NCBI GenBank assembly: GCA_037130375.1
Contig: JBAXTC010000002.1
Span: 1-53,906, forward strand
DNA length: 53,906 bases
Direction of reading: 5' to 3'
Source: Verrucomicrobiota bacterium
GTDB lineage: Bacteria > Verrucomicrobiota > Verrucomicrobiia > Limisphaerales > UBA8199
The notes beneath the pieces were generated by a model. It was not told the DNA's origin. It did no database searches and saw nothing but the letters and a program-made list of their open reading frames with translations. A program made the translations under genes and the position numbers. Every line of letters starts with the position of its first letter. Position 1 is the first letter of the stretch. Below are positions 52,105 to 53,906 of the stretch, piece by piece.

Positions 52105-53906
52105 TTACTGTTTCAAGCGATAGTAACGGCTACCGCTTTCAATCGGAATGGTCACGGTGTTTTGGTTGCCGACAATGACTATCGGTTGGCTTACGGTCGT
52201 CCATGCGCCCGCAGCCCCAAGACTATCGGTCACCCACAAACTGAACCCGGTGGAGGCAGTAAGCCAGGAAAGTACGATCGAGTTCCCCTGCTTGACCACA
52301 CTTAGCATCGGGGGCGCGGGAAATGCCGGGATGAAGTATTTCTGATTGAGATAGTTCTCTGCTGCCAAACGCTGAGCGTCCGAGACGGCGGAGTAAACCA
52401 GAATCTCGGCAATGTCGCCGTGCAGATACTGGGCCCCGCTGGGGAAAAGCATGCCCACGGTCACCCCCGCGGCGGAAAAGGCAATCCCGCCATTGGCCAC
52501 GCTGCCCACCAGGTTGCCGTTGACATAGAGCTGCTTGAGGCCGTTGGCCACAAACGTCCCGGTCAGGATATACGGAACGTTATTTGATAAATCCGCACCA
52601 GCGGGCTCCAGGCTGCCAAAGGGACTGTCGCTGACCAACTTGACGCGTCCGGGAGTGCTGTCGCTGATTCCAAAGGCCCAACCACTCCAGTGGGCGATAA
52701 ACTCCTCGGATGCGAAACTGTTCAGAGTGCTGGCCACAATCGAGATGCTGAACTGTTGCATGTCGAAGTCACTCGAGTTGTCCAACATAAACCCGGACGC
52801 GCCGTCAAAGCGAATCACCGGATAGACACCGCTGGCGAAATTGACGAGCGCCAACTGCGGTTTGCCTCTGGTGAGGTGGGAATCGTGTTCGTTAGGCGAC
52901 CCGGCGCGATCGACCCAATCAGTCACGGTTCGTCCGTCCACATCGGTGGTAATTCCAGAGTCGGCCGCCAACCAGAGCAGGAGGTTATTGGTCGCAGGCA
53001 GAACCGAGGAAGCCGGGATGGCCAAAAGAACTCGCGAGTTCGTAGCAATCGTGTTGCCCACCAAGTCCTTAATACCGTTGACTGTCAGGGTATGCTTCGA
53101 ACCGGAAGCGATACTTGAGGTGGTCAGGAACACCGTCTTCTCATCCGGCCCACGGACGGCCTGGTTGACCGTCACGCCATTGTCGATTGCGTAATTGCCG
53201 GCATTCGTGCCGGTGGCCGTGGTGACACTTTTCGAGAAGAGCACGGTCACTTTGCTGCTATTCAAGTAATCCCGCGTGCCCGACAGCAGGACGGGCGCAT
53301 TGGTGTCCAAGACGACCGTGAGGAACGCGTTGGAACTTGTGACGCTGTTGAAGGAGTTGCTTAAGACGACGTTGTATCGCGCGTTTTGATCCAGGCGGGT
53401 CACGCTCGGCAGGGCATAAACGGGATTCGTCCCGCCGTCGATCGGCTGACCGTTGCGAAACCATTGAATGCTGACCGGCGCTGCTCCTTTAAAGCCGACC
53501 TCGAACGAGGCCGGTTGCAGCTCGGCGACCGTTACGCTCTTAGGTTGCGAGCTGATACTGATCGGGCCCGATCCCAAACCAAAGTACTTGTCGTTTAAAT
53601 AAGCCCAGACCAAGGCTTGTTGAGATGAGGAAACCTCAGAATAAGCGATGATTTCGGCGATGTCTCCGGATGTCCACTGAGCACCGCCAGCGAGATAACC
53701 GACCGTTAGTTGCACATCAGATGCATAGACCAACGGCACTCCGGTCGCTGAACCCACCAGGTTGGTGCCGAGATAGAGCCTTTTGATGCCGCCAGCGCTC
53801 GTGTACGTCGCTGTCAGCAGATAGGGGGTGCCGGGCGTTAGCGTGGCATCGGCCGGTTCCAAGCTGTTGGGCGGCGCGGTAAACCATTTCACGCGATCGA
53901 ACGTGC
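52105..53906 (-). CDS. Giant LamG/Ig-like secreted protein, C-terminal part (5' end beyond the right edge)
   Basis: The frame stays open to the window edge (my translation TFDRVKWFTAPP...). The ORF-track start at 53892 is only an internal GTG. There are two LamG-type module ends (TSGDIAEIIAYSEVS...YLNDKYF and LHGDIAEILVYSAVS...YLNQKYF). It also has I-set Ig, SbsA-like Ig and the C-terminus ...SIVLSWLTASTGFSLWVTD...RYYRLKQ. Confidence 0.85.
   Translation of the reverse strand, partial: TFDRVKWFTAPPNSLEPADATLTPGTPYLLTATYTSAGGIKRLYLGTNLVGSATGVPLVYASDVQLTVGYLAGGAQWTSGDIAEIIAYSEVSSSQQALVWAYLNDKYFGLGSGPISISSQPKSVTVAELQPASFEVGFKGAAPVSIQWFRNGQPIDGGTNPVYALPSVTRLDQNARYNVVLSNSFNSVTSSNAFLTVVLDTNAPVLLSGTRDYLNSSKVTVLFSKSVTTATGTNAGNYAIDNGVTVNQAVRGPDEKTVFLTTSSIASGSKHTLTVNGIKDLVGNTIATNSRVLLAIPASSVLPATNNLLLWLAADSGITTDVDGRTVTDWVDRAGSPNEHDSHLTRGKPQLALVNFASGVYPVIRFDGASGFMLDNSSDFDMQQFSISIVASTLNSFASEEFIAHWSGWAFGISDSTPGRVKLVSDSPFGSLEPAGADLSNNVPYILTGTFVANGLKQLYVNGNLVGSVANGGIAFSAAGVTVGMLFPSGAQYLHGDIAEILVYSAVSDAQRLAAENYLNQKYFIPAFPAPPMLSVVKQGNSIVLSWLTASTGFSLWVTDSLGAAGAWTTVSQPIVIVGNQNTVTIPIESGSRYYRLKQ

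Overview
The window looks like a GC-rich chromosomal segment from a PVC-superphylum bacterium, most likely Verrucomicrobiota. That is inferred from gene content only: six prepilin-type H-X9-DG proteins, an autotransporter-associated beta-strand-repeat protein and giant LamG/Ig-like secreted proteins. The genetic code is standard, since TGA, TAA and TAG all end clear genes. I recognised no rRNA, tRNA, CRISPR array, transposase or integrase. From 1 to 19 kb the genes look like ordinary sugar utilisation: a NahK-like kinase (partial, missed by the ORF track), an SSF symporter, a GH127-like enzyme, an AraC regulator, a GPH/MFS symporter, an unassigned 1161-aa secreted protein, a GH42-like hydrolase, a CE1-like esterase and an enolase-superfamily dehydratase. 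From 19 to 54 kb the region is heavily duplicated and partly decayed. It holds three intact GH36-like hydrolases plus at least three GH36-like fragments. It also holds four or five giant LamG/Ig-like proteins (one gutted by an internal deletion), an 1858-aa LTD-CotH-LamG protein, SGNH esterase remnants, a sulfatase fragment and toxin-antitoxin remnants. Main hunt results: (1) A gene module 'giant secreted protein -> stable stem-loop -> H-X9-DG pseudopilin-like gene' occurs four times. (2) Seven otherwise different giant proteins share a roughly 60-70-aa C-terminal module ending (F/Y)YR(L/I/M)xx, a candidate sorting or anchoring tag. (3) A ~300-bp non-coding leader is duplicated upstream of two LamG paralogues, is conserved better than the adjacent coding DNA, and carries a canonical G-quadruplex motif. 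(4) Several exact deletion and truncation junctions show cassette turnover with no visible mobile-element genes. All family assignments come from reading motifs from memory. No searches were run.
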